DNA from: Minisyncoccota bacterium
GTDB taxonomy: Bacteria; Patescibacteriota; Microgenomatia; UBA1400; PJMF01
NCBI GenBank assembly: GCA_009991965.1
Contig: JAACWQ010000004.1
Location: 42,074-106,073, forward strand
Length of the DNA: 64,000 nt
Reading direction: 5' to 3'
This document shows, piece after piece, positions 21,091-31,208 of the stretch. Position numbers and translations under genes: made by a program. Position 1 is the stretch's first letter; every line of letters starts with the position of its first letter. Under the pieces are notes generated by a model. It searched no databases and was not told the origin of the DNA. It saw only the letters and a program-made list of their open reading frames with translations.

Positions 21091-21432
21091 CTAGCGCAGG
21101 ATGGATCCTGCAGGCAGTGATTGGTCTGGATGCAGTAAAATTGCGCGGGTTCCGTCGTCGGCCGCAACGATCATGCCCTGGCTCTCAACTCCTCGCAATA
21201 TGCGTGGTTCTAGATTTGCCAAGTAGCTCACTTGTTTGCCAACTAAATCTTCTGGTACATACCAACCTTTGATGCCTGCTGCGACTGTTCGTTCTCCCAA
21301 CTCGCCAACATCGAGGGTGATTTTGAGCAATTTGTCTGCATTTTCGATTGGTTCGGCGGCGATAATCGTCGCAATGCGCAAGTCTAAACTGGCAAAAACT
21401 TCAAAGTTAATTAGTGGTTTTGCTTCTGACAT
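21091..21432 (-). CDS. tRNA-binding OB-fold protein (MetG C-terminal/Trbp111-like)
   Basis: ADKLL..NLEPR..GVESQGM. Confidence 0.88.
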   Translation of the reverse strand: MSEAKPLINFEVFASLDLRIATIIAAEPIENADKLLKITLDVGELGERTVAAGIKGWYVPEDLVGKQVSYLANLEPRILRGVESQGMIVAADDGTRAILLHPDQSLPAGSILR

Positions 21433-21437
21433 ACTTA

Positions 21438-22418
21438 TCAGAGTCCCATTTTTTCTTTTACTTCGTTGAGCGTTTTGCGTGCGACGGCTTGGGCTTTGGC
21501 AGCTCCAGTTGTAATGACTTCGTCGACAAATTTTGGGTTGGCTATAAGCTCTTGTCGTTTTTCTTGTAGTGGCTGCAGCTCTGCAAAAATGCTGGCTGCC
21601 AACTCTTTTTTGAGATCTCCATAGCGGATACCTGTGCCTTCATACTGTGACGCATATTCTGCTCGCTTGTCTGCACCAGAGAAAAGTTCTACAAATTGCA
21701 AGAGATTCTTCACTCCTTGCGGCATAGTCTCTACGGTTCCCGTTCCACCGTCAGTTGGCGCTGCTTTGAGCCTCTCGAGAATTTCTGCTTCGGTATCGGT
21801 CAGGGAAATGTAACTGCCTTCGACACTTTTGCTCATCTTGCCAGTACCTTGCAGTGATGGCACATACTCACCTTTGGTCGCAAAGCGCGTTGGTTCGGGG
21901 AAATCGGTGTCATACGCCTCATTCATTTTTCGCGCTATCTGGCGAGCAATTTCGAGGTGTGGTTCTTGATCGATACCAACGGGTACCAAATTTGCCTTGT
22001 ACAGCAAAATATCTGAGGCCATCAATAGTGGGTAATTGAGCAGCGCCATCGTAGCGTGATCGGGATATTGTTTTATTTTGTCTTTAAACGTCGGCAGATG
22101 CTGCATGCGGGCAATGCTCATGACCGAGGAAAAGAGAAAAGCCAATTCGAGGTGTTCTCCCACCATGGACTGCAAAAACAACGTCGAGCGTTCTGGATCA
22201 AGGCCGGCTGCCAGGTAATCAACAATCACCTCACGGCGATTTACACGCAGTTCGTCGATATCGTAAGGAGTAGTAATAGTATGGACATCGGCCACCATAA
22301 AAAAGGTGTCAATCGCTTGGTCTGCTTGCACGGCAAACATACCTTTGACCGCACCGAGGTAATTACCAAGATGCAAGCGACCGGTGGCGCGGATACCAGA
22401 GAGAACAGTCTGTTTCAT
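21438..22418 (-). CDS. trpS: Tryptophan--tRNA ligase
   Basis: HLGN, VPVGIDQ, KMSKS. Confidence 0.97.
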   Translation of the reverse strand: MKQTVLSGIRATGRLHLGNYLGAVKGMFAVQADQAIDTFFMVADVHTITTPYDIDELRVNRREVIVDYLAAGLDPERSTLFLQSMVGEHLELAFLFSSVMSIARMQHLPTFKDKIKQYPDHATMALLNYPLLMASDILLYKANLVPVGIDQEPHLEIARQIARKMNEAYDTDFPEPTRFATKGEYVPSLQGTGKMSKSVEGSYISLTDTEAEILERLKAAPTDGGTGTVETMPQGVKNLLQFVELFSGADKRAEYASQYEGTGIRYGDLKKELAASIFAELQPLQEKRQELIANPKFVDEVITTGAAKAQAVARKTLNEVKEKMGL

Positions 22419-22456
22419 GATGGGGTTATTGTACCATCAGAGACCGATATGAAAAT

Positions 22457-23323
22457 TTACAACTCTTCAATTCGAATATTTGGCTCCATATCTGGAGCTT
22501 CGATCAATTTGAGATATTTTTCGGTAGTAGTGATACGTTTGTGACCTACCAGTTGGGAAACATACACGAGTGGTGTACCAGCCTTGAGCTGCTCAACGAC
22601 AAAGGTGTGTCGCAAGTCGTTGACTTTCGCACCACGGATTCCACCTAGGCGGAAATAGCGATCAATAGCGGTACGGATATTACGAACGAGGAACGGTCGG
22701 CATGTTTTGGTCAAAAACAGTGATTTTTCTCGTGCTCTCGGTCTCATCTGCATATATTCCATAAGCGCGTGCTTGGCTGCTTGGTTTAATGGAATACGTC
22801 GACTACCACGTGAGTTTTGCGGCCGAATAGTAATTATGTTACGATCAAAGTCCACGTCCGATAGTTCGAGTGCTGCGAGCTCACTGATACGCATACCTGT
22901 CTGCAACAACAACTCTACGACCGCATACATTCTTGCATCTGCGCGACACGCATCACGAAGTGCTCGATACTCCAATTTTGACAAAATCCGTGGTGGATTT
23001 TGGTCATACTTTGGATGAGAAACTTGCTCTGCTGGATTTTCGATTGTGCTGTCAGTACTAGAGACGTAACGGAAAAATGCTTTAATAGAATTGATTTTTC
23101 TAGAAATTGATTTACCGGTGTATCGCTGCTTTTTTAATAATTCTTTGAATTCGTTGATGTCATCTGGGATAACATCAGTAACCATGAGTCGCTGTTTCTT
23201 TGCCTCAAACTCAATGAGCTGCTCAATATCTTTGCTGTATGCAATCACTGTGGCATGGGCTTTGCCCGTATCCTCCAAATGTGAAACAAATTGCGTACGC
23301 GAAGTAGTTAGCGGTGTACTCAT
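22457..23323 (-). CDS. Tyrosine recombinase, XerC/D-like
   Basis: TGMRISEL, DLRHTF, GHKRITTTEKY. Confidence 0.9.
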   Translation of the reverse strand: MSTPLTTSRTQFVSHLEDTGKAHATVIAYSKDIEQLIEFEAKKQRLMVTDVIPDDINEFKELLKKQRYTGKSISRKINSIKAFFRYVSSTDSTIENPAEQVSHPKYDQNPPRILSKLEYRALRDACRADARMYAVVELLLQTGMRISELAALELSDVDFDRNIITIRPQNSRGSRRIPLNQAAKHALMEYMQMRPRAREKSLFLTKTCRPFLVRNIRTAIDRYFRLGGIRGAKVNDLRHTFVVEQLKAGTPLVYVSQLVGHKRITTTEKYLKLIEAPDMEPNIRIEEL

Positions 23324-23439
23324 GGAAGCTACCTGTCAGTGATGTATACTTTTAACATGAGGAAACTTGATACAGCACAATATTTCTTTTACTTGGATCC
23401 TCTAGGGCTTATAGTAACATTGGCTAAGATTATTTGCAA

Positions 23440-23796
23440 ATGAAAAAAGTTCTCTCAAATCAAGTTGTTTTGCTCGGATTTGCTCTTTTTATAACTTTCA
23501 CCGTGTTCTCAATGAGACAAAGTAGCAAGAAAATAATCAATCAGGATCAAAACCTACAACAAGTGGGTCAAATAAATCAAGAAATTCGACAAGAAATTTC
23601 TGGTTTAGAAACAAAAATTACCACGGTAACCAGCGATTTTTCCAAAGAAAAACGTCTGCGAGATGAGTTATTGCTCCAAAAACCAGGTGAATATATCGTA
23701 TTGCTTGATGAAAGTGAGTCAGAAGAGTTGGAAGTTACTGTGCCACAGAACGCTGAAACGTCTGTTTGGGAGCAGTGGCGAGCGGTGTTGTGGTAA
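23440..23796 (+). CDS. Septum formation initiator (FtsB/DivIC-like)
   Basis: TM plus coiled coil plus RDELLLQKPGE. Confidence 0.75.
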   Translation: MKKVLSNQVVLLGFALFITFTVFSMRQSSKKIINQDQNLQQVGQINQEIRQEISGLETKITTVTSDFSKEKRLRDELLLQKPGEYIVLLDESESEELEVTVPQNAETSVWEQWRAVLW

Positions 23797-23850
23797 ATAA
23801 TAGTATATTTAGTATATTGTTATTTTGTATATCTTTGATATATTGAAAAT

Positions 23851-24276
23851 ATGCTACAAAGAATCGAATCTCTTTTCAGTCATCGACCTGCCAACCAAGT
23901 GAAGGCTGGAGGTGAGGAGGCAGTCTCTCCCTTATTTAACTTCGATGGCTACCCGCAAGAAGTTAGAGATTCGTTTCTGACTGAAGCTGATGCAACTGCT
24001 GTAGATAGAATTGTCGCACATCTTCGTGAAAGTGAGGAAACTCCCAAGGCTATTCAACTAGAACATACCAATACTGGAAGTTGGGTCCATCTTGCTTATC
24101 TTGGTACATCAATTGGAGTAAACTGGGCAAATCCCCAAAAATATCCTAAAGATTATCCAGAATATGAAAGAACATACTATGGTCCAATTGGACCTAAAGA
24201 CGTCCAGACTAGAAGAGCAAATTTACTCAGTGTAAAACTTGGTATTCCGCTAGAAACTACAAACAAGCGTTACTAG
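23851..24276 (+). CDS. Hypothetical protein
   Basis: 141-aa ORF after an AT-rich intergenic region. Confidence 0.55.
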   Translation: MLQRIESLFSHRPANQVKAGGEEAVSPLFNFDGYPQEVRDSFLTEADATAVDRIVAHLRESEETPKAIQLEHTNTGSWVHLAYLGTSIGVNWANPQKYPKDYPEYERTYYGPIGPKDVQTRRANLLSVKLGIPLETTNKRY

Positions 24277-24296
24277 CTTGTTTCCGACGAGATGTC

Positions 24297-24953
24297 CTAT
24301 TTCGCCCGAAGTTTCCCAATGATAATTACGTTGGCATTTGCAAACGGATAGTTGTACTTTGGCATTTTCTTGAGCACTCGCTTGTCTACCTCCAACCAAG
24401 AGTTAAAGACTGTCTTGCGCTGCAGGAAAAAAGCTTTATCAAACGCAATCTTGTTCGTTCTTAAATGCTCATCTAAATACAGATTATATCCCAAAGGAAG
24501 AGTAATAAATACAGTACCACCAGGCGCAAGTAAAGATTTTAGATGTTCCAATGCCCGAGGAATTTTTTGCTTATTCTTGACTTTTTCATCCCAACCCACG
24601 TGTTCTAAAGTAGAAATTGAGACTATCAGTTTAAATTTTTTTGAACTCTTAAAATTAATCACATCTTTGTTGATTACACCTGGAGCTACTTCATACTTAT
24701 CAACAACTTGATGACTGATCGGAAAATAATGCGAAAGGACATTGCCAACTTCTAGCACCTCACTGCTTTGGTATTTTTGAACTTCTGCCCAAGCGATCGG
24801 CAACTCAACTGCACGCTCATTTATGTGAGGCGAATTATATTTATGACAAAAGTAGTGATACTGTTTATTTTGAAATCTAAAAGTTCGCAGTGGCTGCACC
24901 AGCTTGTGAATGAAATAGCTTTTATTTATCCTGGCAATAAGTTGTTTTAGCAT
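24297..24953 (-). CDS. Class I SAM methyltransferase-like protein
   Basis: VLEVG, IVSISTLEHVG, LAPGG. Confidence 0.7.
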   Translation of the reverse strand: MLKQLIARINKSYFIHKLVQPLRTFRFQNKQYHYFCHKYNSPHINERAVELPIAWAEVQKYQSSEVLEVGNVLSHYFPISHQVVDKYEVAPGVINKDVINFKSSKKFKLIVSISTLEHVGWDEKVKNKQKIPRALEHLKSLLAPGGTVFITLPLGYNLYLDEHLRTNKIAFDKAFFLQRKTVFNSWLEVDKRVLKKMPKYNYPFANANVIIIGKLRAK

Positions 24954-24964
24954 ACTTTCTTTAA

Positions 24965-25243
24965 CTAACTATGATGAACTGTATAATTCTGCAACAGCAC
25001 GCTATACATCAAATACTTCTCTGCTGTTTGTAACGAAGTTTCTTGTTCGGTATCCCCTCTGACATCAGCTGCAATATTTTTGATATACGCTGCTTCTTCA
25101 CAACTTTGCAATTGCAATGCCCATCGCTTTGCTTCAAACAAAAATCGTTGCGCCGCAGTGGTAGAGCCTCTCTGGGTAAGACTCGCCACTCGTAGCAAAT
25201 CGCTTGAGAGCGAACCTACTAACAAACGCGTGTCGTCTGTCAT
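24965..25243 (-). CDS. Hypothetical small helical protein
   Basis: ORF translationally coupled to the upstream gene. Confidence 0.65.
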   Translation of the reverse strand: MTDDTRLLVGSLSSDLLRVASLTQRGSTTAAQRFLFEAKRWALQLQSCEEAAYIKNIAADVRGDTEQETSLQTAEKYLMYSVLLQNYTVHHS

Positions 25244-25578
25244 AAAATACTCGCAAAAAAATACTCAGTGAGTTCTCGATATTGTTTGCGAATTTTTTCG
25301 CTTTGAATGTCATTTTTTGTGTTGTCGTCTCGCGGCCTAATGTTTATAAACGAACTAAAATCAATTTCCTTTGTTTCAAGATCGATTCCCCCTCCCCAAA
25401 TATTCCTCTGCTTAGATCCCTGTTGCAGCAATAATTGTTCACCTTCAAAGTGTCTATTCATGCCAGCAGAACAAACTTTATTCTCAAGATCAATTACGGT
25501 TTTGATATATACCTCAAATTCTGCTGCCAGCTGATCAATTTGTTCTATAGAAAATGGTTGCGATTGCGTGATAATCAT
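25240..25578 (-). CDS. DUF5674-like conserved hypothetical protein
   Basis: H..E..LL..GSKQRNIWGG..SFINIRP motif. Confidence 0.7.
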   Translation of the reverse strand: MIITQSQPFSIEQIDQLAAEFEVYIKTVIDLENKVCSAGMNRHFEGEQLLLQQGSKQRNIWGGGIDLETKEIDFSSFINIRPRDDNTKNDIQSEKIRKQYRELTEYFFASIL

Positions 25579-25583
25579 CTGGC

Positions 25584-26156
25584 TTATGATAACAGATCAT
25601 CAGCGACTGCCTTCATATGCTCTTCAATAAGTCCCCTCAAAAAAACAGAACGAGGAATACGTTTTTCTCGAGACACCTTGTTGAGATACTCCCCAATTTC
25701 TGGCGAAATATAAAAATCAAAGCGTACGTCTTTGTTACCCTTTGCATACTCGAGTGCTGAAGCCAAAATCTCTTCGAGCGTTTCTCGATCGTATGCGAGT
25801 ATGACAATCTTATCGCTTGCCGAACTATCAAGCATAAAAGGCTTTTTGCCATCCGTGTACAAAACAATGACTTGCTTACCAAAATGTAACGCTTGGTTGA
25901 TGAGATGACCTACGCCAAGGCTTGGGTATGTTGCCTCAAATATACAAACCTCCGCCTTTTTGATGGCTCGGATAGTATCTTTGTAGTATTTTTTTCGCTG
26001 CTCAGCATCCCAAGAATAAAACTCTTCTTCGCTAATATTTCGAATCACATCATCAGTTAGATGCACCTTAACTGAATCAAAATAGTTATAAATTCGCTCG
26101 ATTTCCTGTGAGTAATCCTGCTTTGCCCTTGGAGAAGTTGAGAAGAAAATTTTCAT
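25584..26156 (-). CDS. Nucleoside 2-deoxyribosyltransferase-like domain plus C-terminal RHH
   Basis: AEVCIFEATYPSLGVGH..; C-terminal RFDFYISPEIGEYL..PRSVFLRGLI. Confidence 0.65.
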   Translation of the reverse strand: MKIFFSTSPRAKQDYSQEIERIYNYFDSVKVHLTDDVIRNISEEEFYSWDAEQRKKYYKDTIRAIKKAEVCIFEATYPSLGVGHLINQALHFGKQVIVLYTDGKKPFMLDSSASDKIVILAYDRETLEEILASALEYAKGNKDVRFDFYISPEIGEYLNKVSREKRIPRSVFLRGLIEEHMKAVADDLLS

Positions 26157-26168
26157 CTTTGGGTGGAA

Positions 26169-26747
26169 TTATACAGCCAACTTTGTGCCATCGATAATAA
26201 TATCGGCAAATATTTTTGGTGCGTGGTTTTTAAAATACTCTTGCTCTTCTGTCGCCCATTTTCGCCATACTGTCTCAAGCGCTGCTCTCGATTTTTTTGA
26301 TCCGTCAGCGATGTCTCGCTGAACACCTCTCTTTATGCAAAGCTCAAGCGGCGTATCCACAAATATGCCAAGTGAAATATATTGTCGAAATTCTTTGCGC
26401 AGCGCACTGACACCCTCAATTATCATGATTGGAGTAACTTGCTTCGACACAAGTTTTCGTTTCTGATCAGGATTCTCCCACCACCGTGAGCACTCATACT
26501 GCAAAGTTGTATGGCCATTTTGAATTGGTATAAAAATGGTTGGTGCCAACAGTTTCCACCACTCGAGAGGATTATCCTCACTCGCAAAGTCATCGGTCTG
26601 AATAATCTCTGCCGACAATTCTTTCGCCAATGAGTCTGCTAGTGTCAATTTGCCCGCACCACCATGCCCGTCTATACCGATAAACAAGGTGTCACCAACT
26701 TTTGGCTTTGTTGTTTTGAGCAGTTTTGTGATATCAGTTTTTAGCAT
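26169..26747 (-). CDS. Uridine kinase-like P-loop protein
   Basis: IGIDGHGGAGK, TDDF, IIEGV. Confidence 0.75.
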   Translation of the reverse strand: MLKTDITKLLKTTKPKVGDTLFIGIDGHGGAGKLTLADSLAKELSAEIIQTDDFASEDNPLEWWKLLAPTIFIPIQNGHTTLQYECSRWWENPDQKRKLVSKQVTPIMIIEGVSALRKEFRQYISLGIFVDTPLELCIKRGVQRDIADGSKKSRAALETVWRKWATEEQEYFKNHAPKIFADIIIDGTKLAV

Positions 26748-26758
26748 TGTAGTGACAA

Positions 26759-27286
26759 TTAAAAAAATTTACTCAAAAGCAAACATGGGATATTTGTAGA
26801 TTCATTAGGCTGCCAAGCAACTTTATTTGTGTCAATTATATAGCCCGCTTTGACATAAAATCCAAAAGAATCAAACTTCGGATTCTTCTCTTTACTATAT
26901 GGGTGGTCAACCGCCAAGGCCTCCCAGACAGCTTTGCAACCCAGTTTGTTAGCCGTTTACTCCACAGCTTTCAAGAGGGCTTCATCAGCCCACATATTCT
27001 CAATCTCATAGTTCGATTTTGTCGTAAATTGTTGCAAAAAAAGAACGGTGCTATGCTGAGGAAATGGACCTAGATATCCAGTTGGATTTGCTGTTGTTTC
27101 CAACACTTCAAAAATTGCGAAACCAACAAGAATATCATCTACAAAGAGAACAATGTTTTTGTCGGGATATTTGACCGCAACCGCTAATTCCTGCTCTGAA
27201 ATTGCGTGTTTGCCAAACCACTTGCTATCTAATTCTGCTGCAGATGTGGTATCAGCTTCCCGCAATGATCTATGAGAAAAAATCAT
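26759..27286 (-). pseudogene. GNAT-like protein with internal TAA
   Basis: Frame continues past TAA (26957-26959) as TANKLGCKAVWEAL..FGFYVKAGY.. to a stop at 26759. Confidence 0.55.
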
Positions 27287-27732
27287 ATGAGTTCGCCCTC
27301 AGAAGCTACTGTTTCTAAAAATGCTTTTGGTGAAATAATCCGAAGCTTCTTTAAGCTAGGCTCACTAGCCAAAACAAGCAAGTCACGATCTCCCGAAATC
27401 AAAAAGTCAGCTTTCGCAGACAGAGCCAAATCCAATAAAAACTGATCTTTTGGATCACGAACTCGTAGTTCGTTAGATTTTAAAACAATTTTCTTCCCTC
27501 TTTGTTGTAGTAATTCGATAAGTTTGTGTACGGAGGTATTAGTCAGATGGTACCTCGTTTTGATTTTTTTTCGGTTCAAAACGTTGATTATTTCATTAAG
27601 TAACTCGTCACTCAATGCTAGTTCAATTCTCGACTTTTGCCACAATTGTATGATCTTGTACGGATGACCGCTTGGAACAATGAGTCCACTTATGAATACA
27701 TTAGTATCAATTATTACTAGAGGTTTTTTCAT
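27283..27732 (-). CDS. PIN-domain toxin
   Basis: IDTNVFIS, RDPKD, ISGDRDLL. Confidence 0.9.
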   Translation of the reverse strand: MKKPLVIIDTNVFISGLIVPSGHPYKIIQLWQKSRIELALSDELLNEIINVLNRKKIKTRYHLTNTSVHKLIELLQQRGKKIVLKSNELRVRDPKDQFLLDLALSAKADFLISGDRDLLVLASEPSLKKLRIISPKAFLETVASEGELI

Positions 27733-28006
27733 AACGTCCAAGTCTACTGGACTCTACCTCTTGTGAAATTTCACGAAAAGCTGCAACAGCAGCAAGATCT
27801 TTATTTTTGGTACGAATTGACTCCAAAAATGCAAAAGACTTAAGGCGCTCGTACTCATCAAGCAGCTCAAGACTAATCATGGCTAGTTGTGATTGGCTTC
27901 GGTTCATGACAATGACGGGTCTGTCAGAATTTTGAACAGTTGCGACAACATCTTTATACTGTCTTTGTACGGATCTAATTGAAACTGTCTTGTTAAGATA
28001 AGGCAT
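27707..28006 (-). CDS. Phd/YefM-like antitoxin
   Basis: TVSIR..RPVIVMNRS..MISLE; overlaps the PIN gene. Confidence 0.8.
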   Translation of the reverse strand: MPYLNKTVSIRSVQRQYKDVVATVQNSDRPVIVMNRSQSQLAMISLELLDEYERLKSFAFLESIRTKNKDLAAVAAFREISQEVESSRLGRYEKTSSNN

Positions 28007-28026
28007 AGCCCTATGATAACATTTGT

Positions 28027-28281
28027 TTATTTTTTGTCAATCATTTGTCTGACAAACTGCAACTTTATCTCCCTACTCCAACTTTTAATCTCGTATTCTC
28101 GTTTGAGCGCTTCGCTTCTTGTGCCAACTGCTTCCAAATAGACTTGCCGTACTGGTTTGTGTGAACGTGTGTAGTGACCACCTTTGCCCACAAGGTGTTC
28201 CTGAAATCTTCTTGCTGGATCGGTGGAAATGCCAGTGTAGAGCGTGCCATCTGCGCACAAGAGAATGTAAACGGACCACAT
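28027..28281 (-). CDS. GIY-YIG nuclease (UPF0213-like)
   Basis: VYILLCADGTLYTG..ALKREYEIK. Confidence 0.9.
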   Translation of the reverse strand: MWSVYILLCADGTLYTGISTDPARRFQEHLVGKGGHYTRSHKPVRQVYLEAVGTRSEALKREYEIKSWSREIKLQFVRQMIDKK

Positions 28282-28290
28282 AGTTGTTGC

Positions 28291-29625
28291 CTAACGATCA
28301 AGTAACTTCATAATCCTCTGCCCTGTATACAGCTCTGTGCCAAACTTGTTGCCACTCGCTTCCTTTTCAAAAAGAACAAAACTGCTGATCGATAGTACGT
28401 TTATCGAAACAAAAACTCCGACAAATATCCAGAGAATGATCTTCGAGTATCGCCCCTCAATCCATTCGAGTATTTTAGCAAGCAGTATTAAAAAAAGTGG
28501 CAGTGAAGAAATAAACATTCTGCCGCCGTAGGCCGCCGCTTTCCAACCACCTTGTAACACGATGATTGCGTACTGAAAACAGAAAAAGATGAAAAGTACT
28601 TTTAGAAAGTAATCCAATTTCTTTTTATACGCCAAACGAACAAACAGAGCTGCAGATACAAATAGAATTGGCGTTCTGGTAAATAAACCATTGGTGAAGT
28701 GAAAAAGTGTTCCAGCCAAATCTCTCATCGAACTTTGACTTTGTTGAGCGGTCATCCAAAGGAAATATGGGTGAGAATCAAATGTATCAAAAGTAGTAAT
28801 CCACTGCAGTACGAGTGGTAAAAACATTAGAAATTGTATTCCAAAGAATACAAAAAGATTTTTTAGTATCTGTTGCCAATGACTTTTATTTTTCTTGAAT
28901 AACACGGCCACAGCAACTAAAACAACTACAGAAATTACAGCGTCCTGTGGACGGGTAATGCTCAGCAAACCAGCAATCAACCCCAGAACAAAGTAATTTT
29001 TGGTACTGAGTCTTTGCTTTTGTTTATAAAAATAGAAGAAAAATAGTGTTGCTAAGAAAAATGAAGCAAAGTGCGAGTTGAGCACATCGAACGAACCATA
29101 GTACAAAAGATTGGTGGATAGCAACAGCAAGAGAACAGCAACACGACCGACACTTTGTTTGAAACGAAGCATCAACAGCAATTTTTCACTGAGCCATGCT
29201 ACTGCTACAACGTACAGAATCGCACCTACTCCAGACAGCATTTGGTATGTATCTGAGTAGCCAGTGCGAGCAAGCGATGCTCCAAAAAAATTTGCAACCA
29301 CAACTACGCCATCTGCCAGAGCGTAAAACGGTAGCAGTAGTAGTGCCGTCCCAGGAGAAAAATGGTTGAGCGCTTTTCCTTGTGAATTTGTCCCAACAAT
29401 CTGCACTATAGGAGAGCTAAGAGGTCGCTGCGAATTATTATTTTCGTGGTTATAGATGTGCCTGTATTCATTGGTAAAATCATTGTCAGCGTCAAAATAC
29501 CAAGAATGCAAATACGCGTAGTACCCTATGCCATCTCCATAAACTGCTTGGCCGGATACAAAATAGTGAATTGAAAATATACTAACAAATGAAATAAAAA
29601 GCAGTGGGAAATAGAATTTCTTCAC
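28291..29625 (-). CDS. GT-C type membrane glycosyltransferase
   Basis: GDGIGYY motif after TM1, multiple TMs, YGGRM. Confidence 0.7.
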   Translation of the reverse strand: MKKFYFPLLFISFVSIFSIHYFVSGQAVYGDGIGYYAYLHSWYFDADNDFTNEYRHIYNHENNNSQRPLSSPIVQIVGTNSQGKALNHFSPGTALLLLPFYALADGVVVVANFFGASLARTGYSDTYQMLSGVGAILYVVAVAWLSEKLLLMLRFKQSVGRVAVLLLLLSTNLLYYGSFDVLNSHFASFFLATLFFFYFYKQKQRLSTKNYFVLGLIAGLLSITRPQDAVISVVVLVAVAVLFKKNKSHWQQILKNLFVFFGIQFLMFLPLVLQWITTFDTFDSHPYFLWMTAQQSQSSMRDLAGTLFHFTNGLFTRTPILFVSAALFVRLAYKKKLDYFLKVLFIFFCFQYAIIVLQGGWKAAAYGGRMFISSLPLFLILLAKILEWIEGRYSKIILWIFVGVFVSINVLSISSFVLFEKEASGNKFGTELYTGQRIMKLLDR

Positions 29626-29713
29626 ACGGTTTTCAGTAGATTTGCGAAGTATTCATCATAAGCGTAGTATAACGTTTCCAAGAAACCACGTATCCATACA
29701 CACAAAAATTGCG

Positions 29714-30985
29714 ATGAGAAGTCCCGATCGGAAAATTGGCCTCGTAGAAAAAACCACACGCTGGATTTCGGCAATTGCTCTACTAGCAGTAGCTTCTCTG
29801 CCAGAACAGCAAAAACCTATTTTCAAATCCCTTGGACTTGATATGCCCGGCTCTGCAGATCTTATTTCTGAACCGCCTCCACTCGATGGTGACATAGAAA
29901 AGAACTGGCAAGTCAGAGAGTTAAAAATAAAAGAAGCTTGGGAACTTATACAAAGCGTCATTGGTGATAGAAAAATCGTGCCAGCCAATATTGCTTTTAT
30001 TGACAGTGGATATAGTGCTGCTGCAATGCCGGAAGATCTTAGAGAAATTCCCATTACGAATACATTGCTACTTAACCATCCCCCAGAAGAATACTACGAC
30101 CACGGACTCGCTATGGCAGCTCTCTCTGTTGGGGCTGTGTGGGACAATGAAGCAGGCATTGATCCAATTTGCGCTGCAGAGCTCTGTAATTTCCTGATAG
30201 AAAATGCGGCTAGCGGCGAAACCTACGACAATCCAACTGGGTTCTTTGTGTTTAACTACAGTGACTTGGTGGCGGCTCTCAACTGGCTAACTACACTAAC
30301 AGATGAAAATGGAGAGCCTCAAATTTCTGTGATCAATATGTCTTGGGGTGGTTGGAGCGATGTGACTAGTTTACGAAAAGCGGTAGAGCTGGCGCACGAA
30401 AAAGGCATTCTGCTTGTTGCCGGTACTGGAAACGAAGGAGAAGAAAATCGCTGCTTTTTTCCTGCCAAATATCCTGACGTAATTTCTGTGCGTGCTGTAC
30501 TTCATCTAGAAGGTGATCCAGCAAATTGGGGCAAAGATCTAGCAATAGCTTCATTCTCCAACTCCTGTGACGATAAAAAAGGCGTAGCTGCCCCAGGGTC
30601 ACTTATTAACGCCCCACAGACCAATGCCGAGGGAGTAACTACCCTCGAGTGGATAGCCGGCACCTCTCCTGCTACGGCCGAAGTTACTGGCATGCTTGGG
30701 ATGTTGATTACATTTTTGCAAACTATGGGTATCGATAAAATAGAAGCGGGACTCAGCGCAGAGGAAGCTTTACTGGCCAGCGCAACTATCCCTATATATG
30801 TCGAAGAGACGCAAATAGTAAAATGGGGCTTGGGCATGCCTGATCAAGAAAAGGCAGTAGCATATCTTATGAAAAAATATGGATATACTGTACCAATACC
30901 GACATTTGAAATATTTTTGCCGCAAATTAGTCTGGAGAACAACTACGTTTTATATCTTCCAATGATAAAAAGCGCTCTTACTTAA
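29714..30985 (+). CDS. S8 subtilisin-like peptidase
   Basis: FIDSG, HGLAMA, INMSWG, GTGN, GTSPAT catalytic motifs; start uncertain. Confidence 0.85.
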   Translation: MRSPDRKIGLVEKTTRWISAIALLAVASLPEQQKPIFKSLGLDMPGSADLISEPPPLDGDIEKNWQVRELKIKEAWELIQSVIGDRKIVPANIAFIDSGYSAAAMPEDLREIPITNTLLLNHPPEEYYDHGLAMAALSVGAVWDNEAGIDPICAAELCNFLIENAASGETYDNPTGFFVFNYSDLVAALNWLTTLTDENGEPQISVINMSWGGWSDVTSLRKAVELAHEKGILLVAGTGNEGEENRCFFPAKYPDVISVRAVLHLEGDPANWGKDLAIASFSNSCDDKKGVAAPGSLINAPQTNAEGVTTLEWIAGTSPATAEVTGMLGMLITFLQTMGIDKIEAGLSAEEALLASATIPIYVEETQIVKWGLGMPDQEKAVAYLMKKYGYTVPIPTFEIFLPQISLENNYVLYLPMIKSALT

Positions 30986-31208
30986 AAATCCCCTTAAAGA
31001 AAGCTTGAAATCGCATAATAATTTGCTTCAAAGCCGACCACAGCATGAAACAGCTATTGAAAGCAAATATCAGAAGTGGAAAATTAATTAAATTTCCTAA
31101 TAAATTCATGCTAGAAAAACATGACTTATACTCTCTTATATTTAAGAAATCATGTTCTAAAACAAGATCTTGCCTGGTAGAAGCACTCTCTTATAATCTC
31201 TTATCATT

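Noticed and set aside
22457-23323. Tyrosine recombinase as integrase of an island or integron
   Set aside because: Xer-like size and housekeeping context next to trpS; no att or attC sites found
8436-26959. Stop-codon reassignment explaining in-frame stops
   Set aside because: The stops differ (TAG, TAA), and TAA, TAG and TGA all terminate conserved genes normally
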